64,000 nucleotides of DNA from Sulfuritalea sp. (GTDB taxonomy: Bacteria > Pseudomonadota > Gammaproteobacteria > Burkholderiales > Rhodocyclaceae): positions 22,156-86,155 of the forward strand of contig NZ_JAFLDR010000016.1 of assembly GCF_017302275.1 (NCBI RefSeq). The letters are read 5' to 3'. Position 1 is the stretch's first letter; the number at the start of each line of letters is the position of its first letter. Of the stretch, positions 18,604 through 28,291 are shown piece after piece. The translations under genes and the position numbers were made by a program. The notes under the pieces are model-generated. The model was not told where the DNA came from and made no database searches. It saw nothing but the letters and a program-made list of their open reading frames with translations.

Positions 18604-19437
18604 CTACCTCCGGATGTCGTTGAGGCGCCAGTCGTAGTCGAGGAACTCCAGCTTGTAGTCGCCATTGCGCACCCTTGCCTGCGCCTCGGGTGTGGCCGCG
18701 AGCTGCGCGGCGTGGCGGGCGAAGGTGGTCTTCAGCGAGTCATAGCCCTTGTGGCCCTTCTCGAAATCCTTGCCGTACCAGTCGAAGATCTTCGACACCT
18801 GCAGGCGGCCCGCGGCGGCATCGAAGCGATTGCGCGTGCCGTCGGCGAGGAAGCGTTTCATGCCGTCGTCGAGTTGGGCATCGAGCTTTTCCGGTGTGAA
18901 GGCGTCAGGCCGCAGCATCGGGCAACCGATCGAAGCGCAGACCACGCCGACGTGGATGCGCGGGTCGTCGAAGGCACCAGGCGCGCGGATGATGCCGTGC
19001 TCGATGTCGTCGAGATGTCGCTCCTGCCCCAGCAGGGTGAAGAACTTTTTCTTCCACGGCGACGAGAACACCGAGCCGAGGTCCTTGATCGATTCGATAT
19101 CCGGGTATTTGCTCAGGATCAGCTCGACGGTGAAAGCGTTGTAGGCATTGATCAGGAAGGCCAGGCGCTGGGCCTTGTTCCACTTGCCGTAGTCGGCTTC
19201 GCCGACCGCCGAGAGCGCGGCGAGGTAGCCCTTGAGCGCCGTGTGCTCGGCCTTGATCGCGGCGTAATCGACGGCGCTGGCATTGCCGCTGGCGAAAGTC
19301 TTGACGTGCTTCGCCAGCAGCGCGTTCCAGGCCGCGTGCGAGTGGTCGAAGCCTTGCGCGCGCGCCAGCGAGGCGCCGGCGAGAAGCATCACGGACAGCG
19401 CGATGGTAAACAGGTTTCGTGCGAGTTTCATGCTCAT
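18604..19437 (-). CDS. DUF547 domain exported protein
   Basis: Signal peptide; FDHSHAAW, AFLINAYNAFT, DPRIHVGVVCASIGCP. Confidence 0.9.
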   Translation of the reverse strand: MSMKLARNLFTIALSVMLLAGASLARAQGFDHSHAAWNALLAKHVKTFASGNASAVDYAAIKAEHTALKGYLAALSAVGEADYGKWNKAQRLAFLINAYNAFTVELILSKYPDIESIKDLGSVFSSPWKKKFFTLLGQERHLDDIEHGIIRAPGAFDDPRIHVGVVCASIGCPMLRPDAFTPEKLDAQLDDGMKRFLADGTRNRFDAAAGRLQVSKIFDWYGKDFEKGHKGYDSLKTTFARHAAQLAATPEAQARVRNGDYKLEFLDYDWRLNDIRR

Positions 19438-21584
19438 TCTCCCCGCCGCCAGGCATGGAAGCGCGCCACCCAGGCGAGCAGCCCTTCCGGCGCGTGCGCC
19501 TTTTTCCAGACGCCGGCGACGTACTTGTTGGCCTCGGCGAGCGTCGGGTAGATGTGGATGGTGCCGAGGATCTTGTTGAGGCCGATGCCGTGCTTCATGG
19601 CCAGCACGTACTCGGCGATGAGGTCACCGGCGTGCTCACCGACGATGGTCACGCCGAGGATGCGGTCCTTGCCCGGCACGGTCAGCACCTTGATGAAGCC
19701 GTGGGCCTCGCTGTCGGCGATGGCGCGGTCGAGGTCGTCGATATCGTAGCGGCTGACTTCGTAGGCGATTCCCTTCTCCTTGGCTTCGGTTTCGTTGAGG
19801 CCGACACGCGCCACCTCGGGCTCGGTGAAGGTGGCCCAGGGGATCACCGAGTAGTCGGTACGGAATTTCTTGAAGGGGTCGAACAGCGCGTTGACGGCGG
19901 CATACCAGGCCTGGTGCGCGGCGGTGTGGGTGAACTGGTAGGGCCCGGCGACGTCGCCGCAGGCGTAGATGTTGGGGTAGGTGGTCTGCAGGAATTCGTT
20001 GGTGTCGACGGTGCGCGTCGCCGCCACGCCGATCTCTTCCAGGCCGTAGCCCTTGAGGTTGGCGACGCGCCCCACCGCGACCAGCACGGCATCGAAGGGG
20101 ATGCGCACTTCCCTGCCTTCATGTTCGGCGATCAGCGTCTTCTCGCCGTTCTCGGTGGTGAAGCGCATCGCCTTGTGGTTGAGCAGCACATCGACGCCTT
20201 CCTCGCGGAAGCGCGCGGCGACGAGCTCGGAGACTTCCGGGTCTTCGCGGATCATCAGCCGCGGCAGCATCTCGACCTGGGTCACCCTGGCTCCGAAGCG
20301 GGCGAAGGATTGCGTCAGCTCGCAGCCGATCGGCCCGCCGCCCAGCACCACCAGGCGTTTGGGCAGTTCGCGCAGGTTCCAGACATTGTCCGAGGTCAGG
20401 TAGCCGACTTCCTCGATGCCGGGAATCGGCGGCACGAAGGGGCGTGCGCCGGCGGCGATGACGATGCTGCGCGTGCTGAGTTTCCCGGTGGCGCCGTTGT
20501 GGCGCACGAACTCGACTTCCCAGGGCGAAACGATTCTCGCGCTGCCTTCGATGACGTCCACGCCGAGCCCGGTGTAGCGTTCGACCGAGTCGTGCGGCTC
20601 GACGGTCTTGACCACGCGCTGCACGCGCTCCATTACCTCGCTGAATTGAAAGTCGGCGCTGGCGGTACGGCGAAATCCGAACTCCTCGGCGCGCGCGACA
20701 TGCGAGAGGAACTTCGCCGAGCGGATCAGCGCCTTCGAGGGCACGCAGCCGGTGTTGAGGCAGTCGCCGCCCAGCTTGTGCTTCTCGATCAGCGTCACCT
20801 TGGCCCTGACCGCCGCGGCGATGTAGGCGGTGACAAGACCGGCGCTGCCGCCGCCGATGACGACGACGTTGCGATCGAACCTGGACGGCTTGGTCCAGCG
20901 CGCATAGACCTTCTTTGCCTTGACGCCGTCGACGATCTTCTTCGCGATCAGCGGGAAGATGCCGAGCAGGGCGAAGGAGCCGATCAACGCAGGCGAGAGG
21001 ATGCCGCGCAGGCTGTCGATGCCGGCCAGTTGCGTGCCGGCGTTCACGTACACGATGGTGCCGGCGAACATGCCGACCTGGCTGACCCAGTAGAAGGTCC
21101 AGGTGCGCATCGGCGTCAGGCCCATCACCAGGTTGATCATGAAGAAGGGGAAGGCCGGCACCAGGCGGAGGGTGAACAGGTAGAAGCCGCCATCCTTCTC
21201 CACGCCGCGATCGATGGCCGCCAGCCGCGGGCCGAAGCGCGCCTTGACCCAGTCGCGCAACAGGAAGCGCGCGGCTAGGAAGGCCAGCGTCGCGCCCAGG
21301 CTGGAGGCGAAGGACACCAGCACCGTGCCCCAGAGCAGGCCGAATACTGCACCGCCGGCGAGCGTCATGATCGCCGCGCCGGGCAGCGACAGCGCAGTGA
21401 CGGCGACATACACGACGAAGAAGATCGCCGCCGTCAGCCAGGGATGGGCCTGGCGATAGGCATCCAGCGCCGCCTGCTGCGCCTTCAGCGCGTCGAGGCT
21501 GAAAAAGCGGCCGAGGTCGAGCGCGAAATACAGCACGATGAACGCGGCAACGGCGGCAAGGAAGGAGAGTTTGCGCAGTGACAT
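19434..21584 (-). CDS. VTT (SNARE_assoc/DedA) domain fused to class I pyridine nucleotide-disulfide oxidoreductase (MerA/LpdA-like)
   Basis: N-terminal ALSLPGA / LRLVPAFPF VTT motifs; GGGSAG, GGDCLNTGCVPSK redox CxxxxC, GGGPIGCE, IHIYPT. Confidence 0.9.
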   Translation of the reverse strand: MSLRKLSFLAAVAAFIVLYFALDLGRFFSLDALKAQQAALDAYRQAHPWLTAAIFFVVYVAVTALSLPGAAIMTLAGGAVFGLLWGTVLVSFASSLGATLAFLAARFLLRDWVKARFGPRLAAIDRGVEKDGGFYLFTLRLVPAFPFFMINLVMGLTPMRTWTFYWVSQVGMFAGTIVYVNAGTQLAGIDSLRGILSPALIGSFALLGIFPLIAKKIVDGVKAKKVYARWTKPSRFDRNVVVIGGGSAGLVTAYIAAAVRAKVTLIEKHKLGGDCLNTGCVPSKALIRSAKFLSHVARAEEFGFRRTASADFQFSEVMERVQRVVKTVEPHDSVERYTGLGVDVIEGSARIVSPWEVEFVRHNGATGKLSTRSIVIAAGARPFVPPIPGIEEVGYLTSDNVWNLRELPKRLVVLGGGPIGCELTQSFARFGARVTQVEMLPRLMIREDPEVSELVAARFREEGVDVLLNHKAMRFTTENGEKTLIAEHEGREVRIPFDAVLVAVGRVANLKGYGLEEIGVAATRTVDTNEFLQTTYPNIYACGDVAGPYQFTHTAAHQAWYAAVNALFDPFKKFRTDYSVIPWATFTEPEVARVGLNETEAKEKGIAYEVSRYDIDDLDRAIADSEAHGFIKVLTVPGKDRILGVTIVGEHAGDLIAEYVLAMKHGIGLNKILGTIHIYPTLAEANKYVAGVWKKAHAPEGLLAWVARFHAWRRGE
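20648..20670 (+). repeat. Dispersed 23-bp motif, short form inside VTT-reductase CDS
   Basis: GAAAGTCGGCGCTGGCGGTACGG; encodes RTASADF on the minus strand. Confidence 0.8.
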
Positions 21585-21597
21585 GGAGTTTCCCGGG

Positions 21598-22167
21598 CTA
21601 AAGCAGCTTCAGCACCTTGGCCAGATAGTCGAAGAACAGACAATACAGCAGGATCGGCAGCGGCAAGCCGAGCAAGGTGCCCGTCAGGTAGGGCCGCAAG
21701 CGGACCCCCGACATCGCCAGCGTGTAGTTGAGCGCCGGCACCGTCTGGAACAGCATGCGCAGCACGACGATGCTGGTAACCGGGCGTTGATCGAGCCGGC
21801 CCAGCAGGTAATTGGCGACCCGGTTGTCCATGCGGCGCAGCGCGTCGCCGCCGACCAAGCGGATGACGAGGAAGGTCATCACGCAGGAAACGCTGGCGGC
21901 GACGTAGGTCGCCAGGCCGCCCGAGCCGCGCCCCAGGGCCAGCACCGCCGCCGCGAGGAACAGCCAGCCGGGTATCTGGATCAGGTTGCCCAGCGAAAAC
22001 AGCAGGACGAAAACCAGCAGGCCACCCAGCGGGTGGTCGCGGATCAACTGCTGCAGGAAGCCCACGGTGAAATGCTCCTTGAGGCCCGTCAGCGCGAAGA
22101 CCGCGTACAGGATCGCCAGGAACAGGAGCACCGCTAGCAGCCTTTGGTATTTTCGCAGCAGCGACAT
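21598..22167 (-). CDS. VTT/TVP38 (DedA superfamily) membrane protein
   Basis: GNLIQIPGW, LRMLFQTVPALNYTLAMSGV, YLTGTLLGLP; hydrophobic. Confidence 0.82.
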   Translation of the reverse strand: MSLLRKYQRLLAVLLFLAILYAVFALTGLKEHFTVGFLQQLIRDHPLGGLLVFVLLFSLGNLIQIPGWLFLAAAVLALGRGSGGLATYVAASVSCVMTFLVIRLVGGDALRRMDNRVANYLLGRLDQRPVTSIVVLRMLFQTVPALNYTLAMSGVRLRPYLTGTLLGLPLPILLYCLFFDYLAKVLKLL

Positions 22168-22210
22168 TCGGACTCCGGTCTCGCGCGCCATGGCAGGCAT
22201 CGCGCCTGGA

Positions 22211-22747
22211 TCACTGCATTCTATGTCCATTGTCGCGGCGCGCTATCAGGTGGTCGATCGATACGGCCCCCGGCCCCCGGGCGACGAGGAACAGCAGCAC
22301 CGCCGCCCAGACGCCATGGGTCGGGTAGGCATCCGGATACACCAGCAGTTGTATCGTCGCCGTCATCACCAGCAGCGCCAGCGCCGAAAAGCGCGTGGCC
22401 AGGCCGATCAGGATCAGCAGCGGAAACAGGTGTTCGGCAAAGGCCGCCATGGGCGCGGCGAGTTCGGGCGGCAGCAGTGGCAGCTTGTATTCCTCGCGGA
22501 ACAGCGCCACCACGGAATCCGAAAGCTGGGGCAGGCCGAGCTGGAACTCGCCATTGACAATGTCGATGGCAAAGCCCTGCACCTTGGTCTGGCCGGATTT
22601 CCAGAAGACCGCGGCAATCGAAAAGCGGCCGAGCAAGGCGATCGCGTCGTCCGGAATGCGTTGCAGCGCGGCGATGCCGGCGCGTAGCAGGCGGACCGGC
22701 AAGGGGCAGGCGCCTCCGGCGGCGCTGGCTGTAGCTAGCGTGTTCAT
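22211..22747 (-). CDS. DoxX family membrane protein (BufD-like)
   Basis: FWKSGQTK, LFREEYKLP, EHLFPLLILIGLATRFSAL, RGPGAVSID; ATGA overlap with the DUF2063 gene. Confidence 0.88.
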   Translation of the reverse strand: MNTLATASAAGGACPLPVRLLRAGIAALQRIPDDAIALLGRFSIAAVFWKSGQTKVQGFAIDIVNGEFQLGLPQLSDSVVALFREEYKLPLLPPELAAPMAAFAEHLFPLLILIGLATRFSALALLVMTATIQLLVYPDAYPTHGVWAAVLLFLVARGPGAVSIDHLIARRDNGHRMQ

Positions 22748-23529
22748 GCGTCGGTCCTCCTCGGGGTGGTGATGCCGGTGATCGCGCCGCAGCGGATCAG
22801 CAGGGCCAGCGTCGTCACCGGGTCGAAATCCGCATCCGCAGCCATCGACTCGGCGGTCGCCGCGGCAAAGGTGGCGGCCTGTTGCAGCAGGCCGATGAAA
22901 AGCGCCGTGCCGTGCCCGACGCGCCGGATTTCGACTTCCAGTCCGATGCGACAAAGCAGCGCCGACTCGGCCCGCGCCGGATCGACGGCAGCCAGCGCCA
23001 GCGCCGGCGACTCCGCCTGGTGCGCGGCCCACAGTGAAACCACGGCATGCTCCGACGGCAGCGCGAACAGCGCCGGATGCAGCGAAAGCAGCGAATCCGG
23101 CAGGCCTTCCGGCTCGGCCAGCACGGCGGCGATGCGTTCCGAGGTGACGGCGTCGACGTCGGCCGCGTGCCAGGACCTTACACGCAGGTATTCGAGGCGC
23201 GCGAGGTCGGCCAGGTAGGGCAGCCCGGCGGCCGGCGGAAAATTCCCGATGAAGCCGGGGAATCCGTCGCCATACAGCGCCAGCACCGGCGAGCGCGGCG
23301 GCTGTGCGCGCACGAACTCGCGCGCCATGGCACGGAAGAAGTCCTCGCCGACCATCGCCTGCGTCACCGGGAAACTGTCCGCCAGCGCATCGACCAGGCC
23401 GACGATGACATTGTTGCGATACACCGCGAAGCGCTTGTCCGGCGCCGACCCGTTCCAGGTCGTCAGGCCAGGCGGGCACGCCGCAGCGGGCGCCAGCAGG
23501 GCTTCAGCAAATACGGCCGGGCCGCTCAC
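22744..23529 (-). CDS. DUF2063 RiPP-recognition partner (BufC/HvfC-like)
   Basis: [36 protein letters not shown]; GTGA overlap with the DUF692 gene. Confidence 0.88.
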   Translation of the reverse strand: MSGPAVFAEALLAPAAACPPGLTTWNGSAPDKRFAVYRNNVIVGLVDALADSFPVTQAMVGEDFFRAMAREFVRAQPPRSPVLALYGDGFPGFIGNFPPAAGLPYLADLARLEYLRVRSWHAADVDAVTSERIAAVLAEPEGLPDSLLSLHPALFALPSEHAVVSLWAAHQAESPALALAAVDPARAESALLCRIGLEVEIRRVGHGTALFIGLLQQAATFAAATAESMAADADFDPVTTLALLIRCGAITGITTPRRTDA

Positions 23530-24419
23530 GCCGCGACCCCGCGCGCGGCAGGAAGCAGCCGCTCCAGGATGCGTTCCGCTTGGCGCGCCTCGGCCAGCAG
23601 CACCGGCAGCGCCGGTATGTCGTTGTCGCGCTCGATCAGGGTCGGCAGCGGCCCGGTCAGGTCCAGGGCATGGCAATACAGCGCCCACACGACTTCGGCC
23701 ACCGGCGCGCCATGGCTGTCGATCAAGAGCGGCGCACCGGCGGCATCGGTGTCCTCGGCAAAGCCGGCGAGGTGGATCTGCGCCACCGCAGCTAGCGGCA
23801 GGGCGCCGATGTAGTCGCGCGCATTGCGGCCATGGTTGGTGCAGGAAATATGGACATTGTTCACATCGAGCAGCAGGCCGCAGCCGCTGCGGCGCACCAC
23901 CTCGCCGATGAAATCCGTTTCGGCCAGCGTCGACGCGGCGAATTCGACATAGGTGGCGGGGTTTTCCAGCAGCATGTGGCGCTTGAGGCGATCCTGGACG
24001 CGGCCGATGTGCGCGCAGACGCGATCCAGCGTGGCGGCGTCGTAGGCCACCGGCAGCAGGTCGCTGTAGAAGTTGCCGCCATGGCTGGACCAGGCCAGGT
24101 GCTCGGAAAAGGATTCGGGCTGGTAGCGATCGAGCAAGGCCGCGAGTCGTTCGAGGTGGGCCTCGTCAAGCGGCCCCTCGCCACCGATCGAAAGCCCGAC
24201 GCCGTGGATCGACAACGGATAGCGCTCGCGGATGCGCGTCAGGTAATGGTGGAAGGGGCCGCCGTCCACCATGTAGTTCTCGGCATGGATTTCAAAGAAG
24301 CCGATGTCCGGCAACGTGTCGAGGATGTCGCGGAAGTGCTCGGGCTTGAGCCCGATCCCCGCCCTTGCGGGCAGGGATCGGTGCTTGCGCGCCGGCAAAC
24401 GGCTCGTTGCGGACCGCAC
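23526..24419 (-). CDS. DUF692 multinuclear non-heme iron oxidative enzyme (MNIO, BufB-like)
   Basis: [52 protein letters not shown]; exact start uncertain. Confidence 0.93.
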   Translation of the reverse strand: MRSATSRLPARKHRSLPARAGIGLKPEHFRDILDTLPDIGFFEIHAENYMVDGGPFHHYLTRIRERYPLSIHGVGLSIGGEGPLDEAHLERLAALLDRYQPESFSEHLAWSSHGGNFYSDLLPVAYDAATLDRVCAHIGRVQDRLKRHMLLENPATYVEFAASTLAETDFIGEVVRRSGCGLLLDVNNVHISCTNHGRNARDYIGALPLAAVAQIHLAGFAEDTDAAGAPLLIDSHGAPVAEVVWALYCHALDLTGPLPTLIERDNDIPALPVLLAEARQAERILERLLPAARGVAA

Positions 24420-24442
24420 GGCATGCGTCCCGAGGCAACCGG

Positions 24443-24757
24443 TCAGGCCTTCTTTTCCTTGAACTCCGCCAGTTGCCCGTTGCCGGTCGGCGAGGTCTTG
24501 GACATGGTCTTCTCGCAAGTACCCTTGGGTACCATCGACCAGGCATTGCCCTGATAGTCGGTCTTCGAGGTTCCGGCGCAGGTGGTGCCGGCGCCCGCCT
24601 TGCAGTCGTTCTTGCCCTTCAATGCCACGCCGTAGCACTTTTCGGTCTCCGCCTTCATGGCGCCGCCATGCGAAGCGGCAATGGCGGGCGCGGCGGCGAT
24701 GCCCATGGCGGCACCGAAGGCAAGCGCGAGGGAAGCGGCGGAAAGGGTTTTGTTCAT
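24443..24757 (-). CDS. DUF2282 bufferin-type RiPP precursor (BufA1-like)
   Basis: Signal peptide, then [24 protein letters not shown]...W..VPKGTCEK (4 Cys); RBS AAGGAG. Confidence 0.9.
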   Translation of the reverse strand: MNKTLSAASLALAFGAAMGIAAAPAIAASHGGAMKAETEKCYGVALKGKNDCKAGAGTTCAGTSKTDYQGNAWSMVPKGTCEKTMSKTSPTGNGQLAEFKEKKA

Positions 24758-24830
24758 GATGATCTCCTTGATGGACTGGGGGATGCGGATTGCTCCGTGC
24801 AGGCGCGAAAGCCGCCCTGCTGCTCCGTGA

Positions 24831-24856
24831 GTCGGGCAGGAAATGGAATCCTTACA
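24831..24856 (-). promoter_or_regulatory. Candidate ECF (SigF/ECF16-like) promoter of the bufferin operon
   Basis: Minus strand TGTAAG-N16-CGAC ~75 bp upstream of bufA, resembling GTAACC-N16-CGAA. Confidence 0.35.
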
Positions 24857-24985
24857 GCTTCAAGTATTATTTCGGCGGGGCCGGTCCGGGCGGCGTCGGC
24901 CGGGTCGCCGGCTGCGGGTGGGAGCTGTCCCGCAAGGCCGGAGGAGCTACGGGACGCGTGCGGGGTACATGGGCACGGCGCCCTT

Positions 24986-25008
24986 GAAAGTCGGCGCTGG
25001 CAATACGG
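24986..25008 (+). repeat. Dispersed 23-bp motif, short form
   Basis: GAAAGTCGGCGCTGGCAATACGG, intergenic. Confidence 0.8.
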
Positions 25009-25331
25009 CGATTGGTAGCGGGGATGGCGGCGGGAGGCGGCGATGGCGGGCTAACCGCCCCGGGCGATACTCGTCGATCCTGGTCGCGCTCCCCCTCAGG
25101 CTGGGAAGAGACACTCAGAATTTCGGGGTGACTGACGCCTAGGTGCCCCGAGGATACATCCGCCATCCTGATCTCATTGCCGTAGAGCTGCCGTTCACCC
25201 CTGCACACCCGCATAGGCACCCACTGGAGGAACGGCGGCAACGATGGCGATGCCTGCCAGTGCGGCCCAGGCAGTGATGAAGACACGGCCCGTGGCCCGG
25301 GACCAAATGCAGGGGCTGCACGCTCAGTTAG

Positions 25332-27386
25332 CTAGCGCGGCCGTTGGCCCTCCATCCTCTCGTCCGCGCGGCGAGGCGGCACCACCAGTGACGCGTGGTC
25401 CTTGACGACTGGCCACGCGATATTCATCGCCATGATGTTCTTGACGGCCTTGTGTCCGAACTCGTTGGGGTGGATTGTGCCCGTCGCCTTGTCCGGTCCG
25501 GTGTTTTCGATGGTCGCAGCTTCCCGTTCCCGGCGGAACCAGCGCATCCTGGGCTCATGCAGTCGCTCGGCGACGGGGTGCCCCGGCGCGAAATCATCGG
25601 CGTCGTAGGGCTCCCAGGCACAGGCTCCATGCGGCTCCATTGCATCGCGGATGCCCCCGATATAGGCCCAGCCGTTGGCCGCGGCAGCCTGCTGCACGGC
25701 ATTGTTCAACGGCGTCAGCACGTTCCGCGCGGCCCACCGCAACTCCTCCGCATTCGCCTCCAGGCCGCCCGGCGCGAGGTTGGGCGCAATCGAGTTGAGG
25801 ATCTGCTCGCACTCGGCCAGCCCGCCTCCCAAGGTCATACCCAACAGCGTTCTCGGTGGATGGTCCATCATGCCGAAGTTTGGGTACTCGACAAGATAGA
25901 CGTTGGGCGCCTGGATTTGCCTGGCCACCAGATCGGCCTTGACCAAGGCGTACGAGTTCCCGATGCCGTTGAGACCGCCGAGCAGGTCGCTCCAGTCGGC
26001 TATCCAAGAAAAGAATGAAATCGAGTTTTCGACCTCGGCCCAGTCTCCGGTCTTCACGCCATGCTCGATCTTTTCAAAATTCACAATGTACCGATAGAAC
26101 CCGTCCCGCATGACTAGGCCTGCCGCAGCGTTGGCGAACCCTGCATCGTTGCCGCCCGCCGTGATGATGAGCGCATCGATCCGACGCTTACCCGCGATGT
26201 CCTTCAACTGCTTCAACTGGCCGGGCAAGGGGTCGGCGGCGTCATGGAAGCGAGCGGTCTTGACGCCACCGTAGGGCCCGAGAAGGCCGCTGCTGAGCCT
26301 TGCGCCGGACATCGCGAGGTTGACGTAGGTGACGGAGGACTTGTCGCTGCTCTGCTCAAGCTCCAGCGCAAGTTGCGAACTGGCCGTGAAACTCGACCGA
26401 TGCGAGCGATAGTGCTGCTTATGTGTCGACGAGAACTGACTGAAGTCCGGTAGCCGCGCAGTCATCTTGACAGGTGTGCCAACACCGGCGAGGACGACCG
26501 CCGTGTTGTTTTCGACCACGACCTCTGGGTAGTGTCGACCGTCATCAGCCCAGAGGGTGAACGAGAATCCCCTTCTATGTTCGTCGCGAAGTTGAGTGCG
26601 TGCCCATTCGCGGTTGGCATGTGTATTCTGACGACCTGCGACAAGTTCCAGATTCGAAACGATCCGTCGCTCCGGTGTGCCTTCGCCAGAACCGTACGAA
26701 TCGCCGAGCTGCACAATGAACAGATCCTCAACCGATATGACGCGTCGTACGACATCCGACTGTCCGGTGTAGTTATCCACGGCGGTCAGCGTGATCGAGT
26801 AGTCCCCCTCGGGCAGGCACACGTCCGTTGTGTAGGGCGCCCCGTGAAGGGTAGGGGGCAGCTCCAGCGGCGGAACAAGCGCAGCCCCTTCGATCTTCCA
26901 GCTGGTCTGGCGCATCCGCACGCGCATCCGAGCATATTCGATCGCCGGGTCGGTGACGGGCTCAAAAGCGCCTGAGGCCGGCATGGCAGGGGCGGGCTGC
27001 TCGGGACGCAACGGCACGATCGGTGGATAGCTGGTTGCCGAGGTATCCAGAATGACGCGGAACTGTGGGGCGCCGTTCTCGCAGTCGTCCGCGACGCAGG
27101 AACAGCCCTGCGGGTTCCACGAGGGCAGGTTGTGCGTGTACTCGAAACTGTTCGGCAGATCGATGATCCCGTTGTTGTTCAGATCGAGTCCGTAGCGCGC
27201 GGGACGGCGCCAGGTGAAGGCGGCATCGATCTGACCCGCCGGGGCCCTCTGCCCCCGCTCCTGTGCGTGCTCTCGAGGGATAACGCGTTCCAGTTGCTGC
27301 CCGAGCGCGCCGGAAATGGTCACGGCCGTCAGGAACACAGGAAAGCACAGCGGGCTCAGGATGGCTTGCCGGCAAGCTTTGTTCAT
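25332..27386 (-). CDS. Secreted SGNH/GDSL hydrolase domain protein
   Basis: N-terminal signal peptide; QLGDSYGSGEG (block I), TAGGND (block III), TIHPNEFGH (block V); atypical codon usage. Confidence 0.75.
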   Translation of the reverse strand: MNKACRQAILSPLCFPVFLTAVTISGALGQQLERVIPREHAQERGQRAPAGQIDAAFTWRRPARYGLDLNNNGIIDLPNSFEYTHNLPSWNPQGCSCVADDCENGAPQFRVILDTSATSYPPIVPLRPEQPAPAMPASGAFEPVTDPAIEYARMRVRMRQTSWKIEGAALVPPLELPPTLHGAPYTTDVCLPEGDYSITLTAVDNYTGQSDVVRRVISVEDLFIVQLGDSYGSGEGTPERRIVSNLELVAGRQNTHANREWARTQLRDEHRRGFSFTLWADDGRHYPEVVVENNTAVVLAGVGTPVKMTARLPDFSQFSSTHKQHYRSHRSSFTASSQLALELEQSSDKSSVTYVNLAMSGARLSSGLLGPYGGVKTARFHDAADPLPGQLKQLKDIAGKRRIDALIITAGGNDAGFANAAAGLVMRDGFYRYIVNFEKIEHGVKTGDWAEVENSISFFSWIADWSDLLGGLNGIGNSYALVKADLVARQIQAPNVYLVEYPNFGMMDHPPRTLLGMTLGGGLAECEQILNSIAPNLAPGGLEANAEELRWAARNVLTPLNNAVQQAAAANGWAYIGGIRDAMEPHGACAWEPYDADDFAPGHPVAERLHEPRMRWFRREREAATIENTGPDKATGTIHPNEFGHKAVKNIMAMNIAWPVVKDHASLVVPPRRADERMEGQRPR

Positions 27387-28042
27387 GAGATCAAAGGATA
27401 GGAAATTCAAGCCACATGTGGCAGTACCTTCCACCCTGGTGCATACGTCATTTTCGCCGACGCGTAAACTTTGCGACAGAACCGCACCGTACGCCCACGA
27501 TCAATCCGAAGCAATAGCTGACCTGCTTGAACCCAGAACTACACTATGACAGAAGCGATATTCGTTGTGCGAAGCAGCATGCACGGCCGAACGGGTACTC
27601 TGGCGCATTGAGCGGAAAGCACCGCAATGCAGCATTCCGGCATCAAATGTTTATATGGAGATGGCACCGGAGTTTAATTCAGGAGTGGCCCGTCAAAACG
27701 AACTCCGCGACCTGGAAACCCATATCTGGAGAGCCATTGGAGGCGATGAATGTGGTGTCGATTTGAGCGACGGGCTAACGAATTCAGCACCGCCGATTCG
27801 ATGACCGGTTCCGATTAATTGAGCCAAACGAGTGACCAATGGAGAAACGGCGCCACCAGCTGGTCCTTGCCGACTGTACTCGGCGGGACTTCGAAGCTGA
27901 ATGACCGCTCGCGCTGCATTGCTTACTTCTCGACGCTACGCCCCGCCCGTCGGCGAGGTCCGCTAATGCCGCTTCCGCATAAGCACCCACGACTCCGCTT
28001 CAACCCCACCAACCCGCAAGTCATCGACGCACCGCCGCCCTC

Positions 28043-28089
28043 AATAGTCGGCGCCCCACAGGGACTTCCTTCGGTCGCTGGCGACACGG
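28043..28089 (+). repeat. Dispersed motif, long form with 24-nt insert
   Basis: AATAGTCGGCGC[CCCACAGGGACTTCCTTCGGTCGC]TGGCGACACGG, intergenic. Confidence 0.88.
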
Positions 28090-28291
28090 CGCTATTCGCC
28101 CTGTTTCGGCAGGATCAAGTATGAGTGCGGCCGCTACTTGCCCGCCCTGCGGCAGGACGTGGTTGCAAATTCCGCAGCGCCGGATTCGCCGCCAGCAGCC
28201 ACGCCCACCCACGAACGCCCCCCGTAGAACTACTTATTGCATCGCAGCAAGCAAGCGCTATGATGTTCATGTTTGCTTTTGGAGCACCCCC

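Noticed and set aside
19434-21584. Calling the VTT-fused reductase mercuric reductase (merA)
   Set aside because: It lacks the C-terminal CC pair and the N-terminal metal-binding domain, and no mer genes are nearby
16149-24757. Selenoprotein (UGA read-through) in selD, bufA or neighbours
   Set aside because: SelD has Cys in CGGCGAK and bufA has four ordinary Cys codons; no in-frame UGA followed by continued homology was seen
25190-25320. Signal-peptide-like stretch (RVFITAWAALAGIAIVAAVPPVGAYAG) downstream of the SGNH gene
   Set aside because: Bounded by stops with no start codon; at most a remnant
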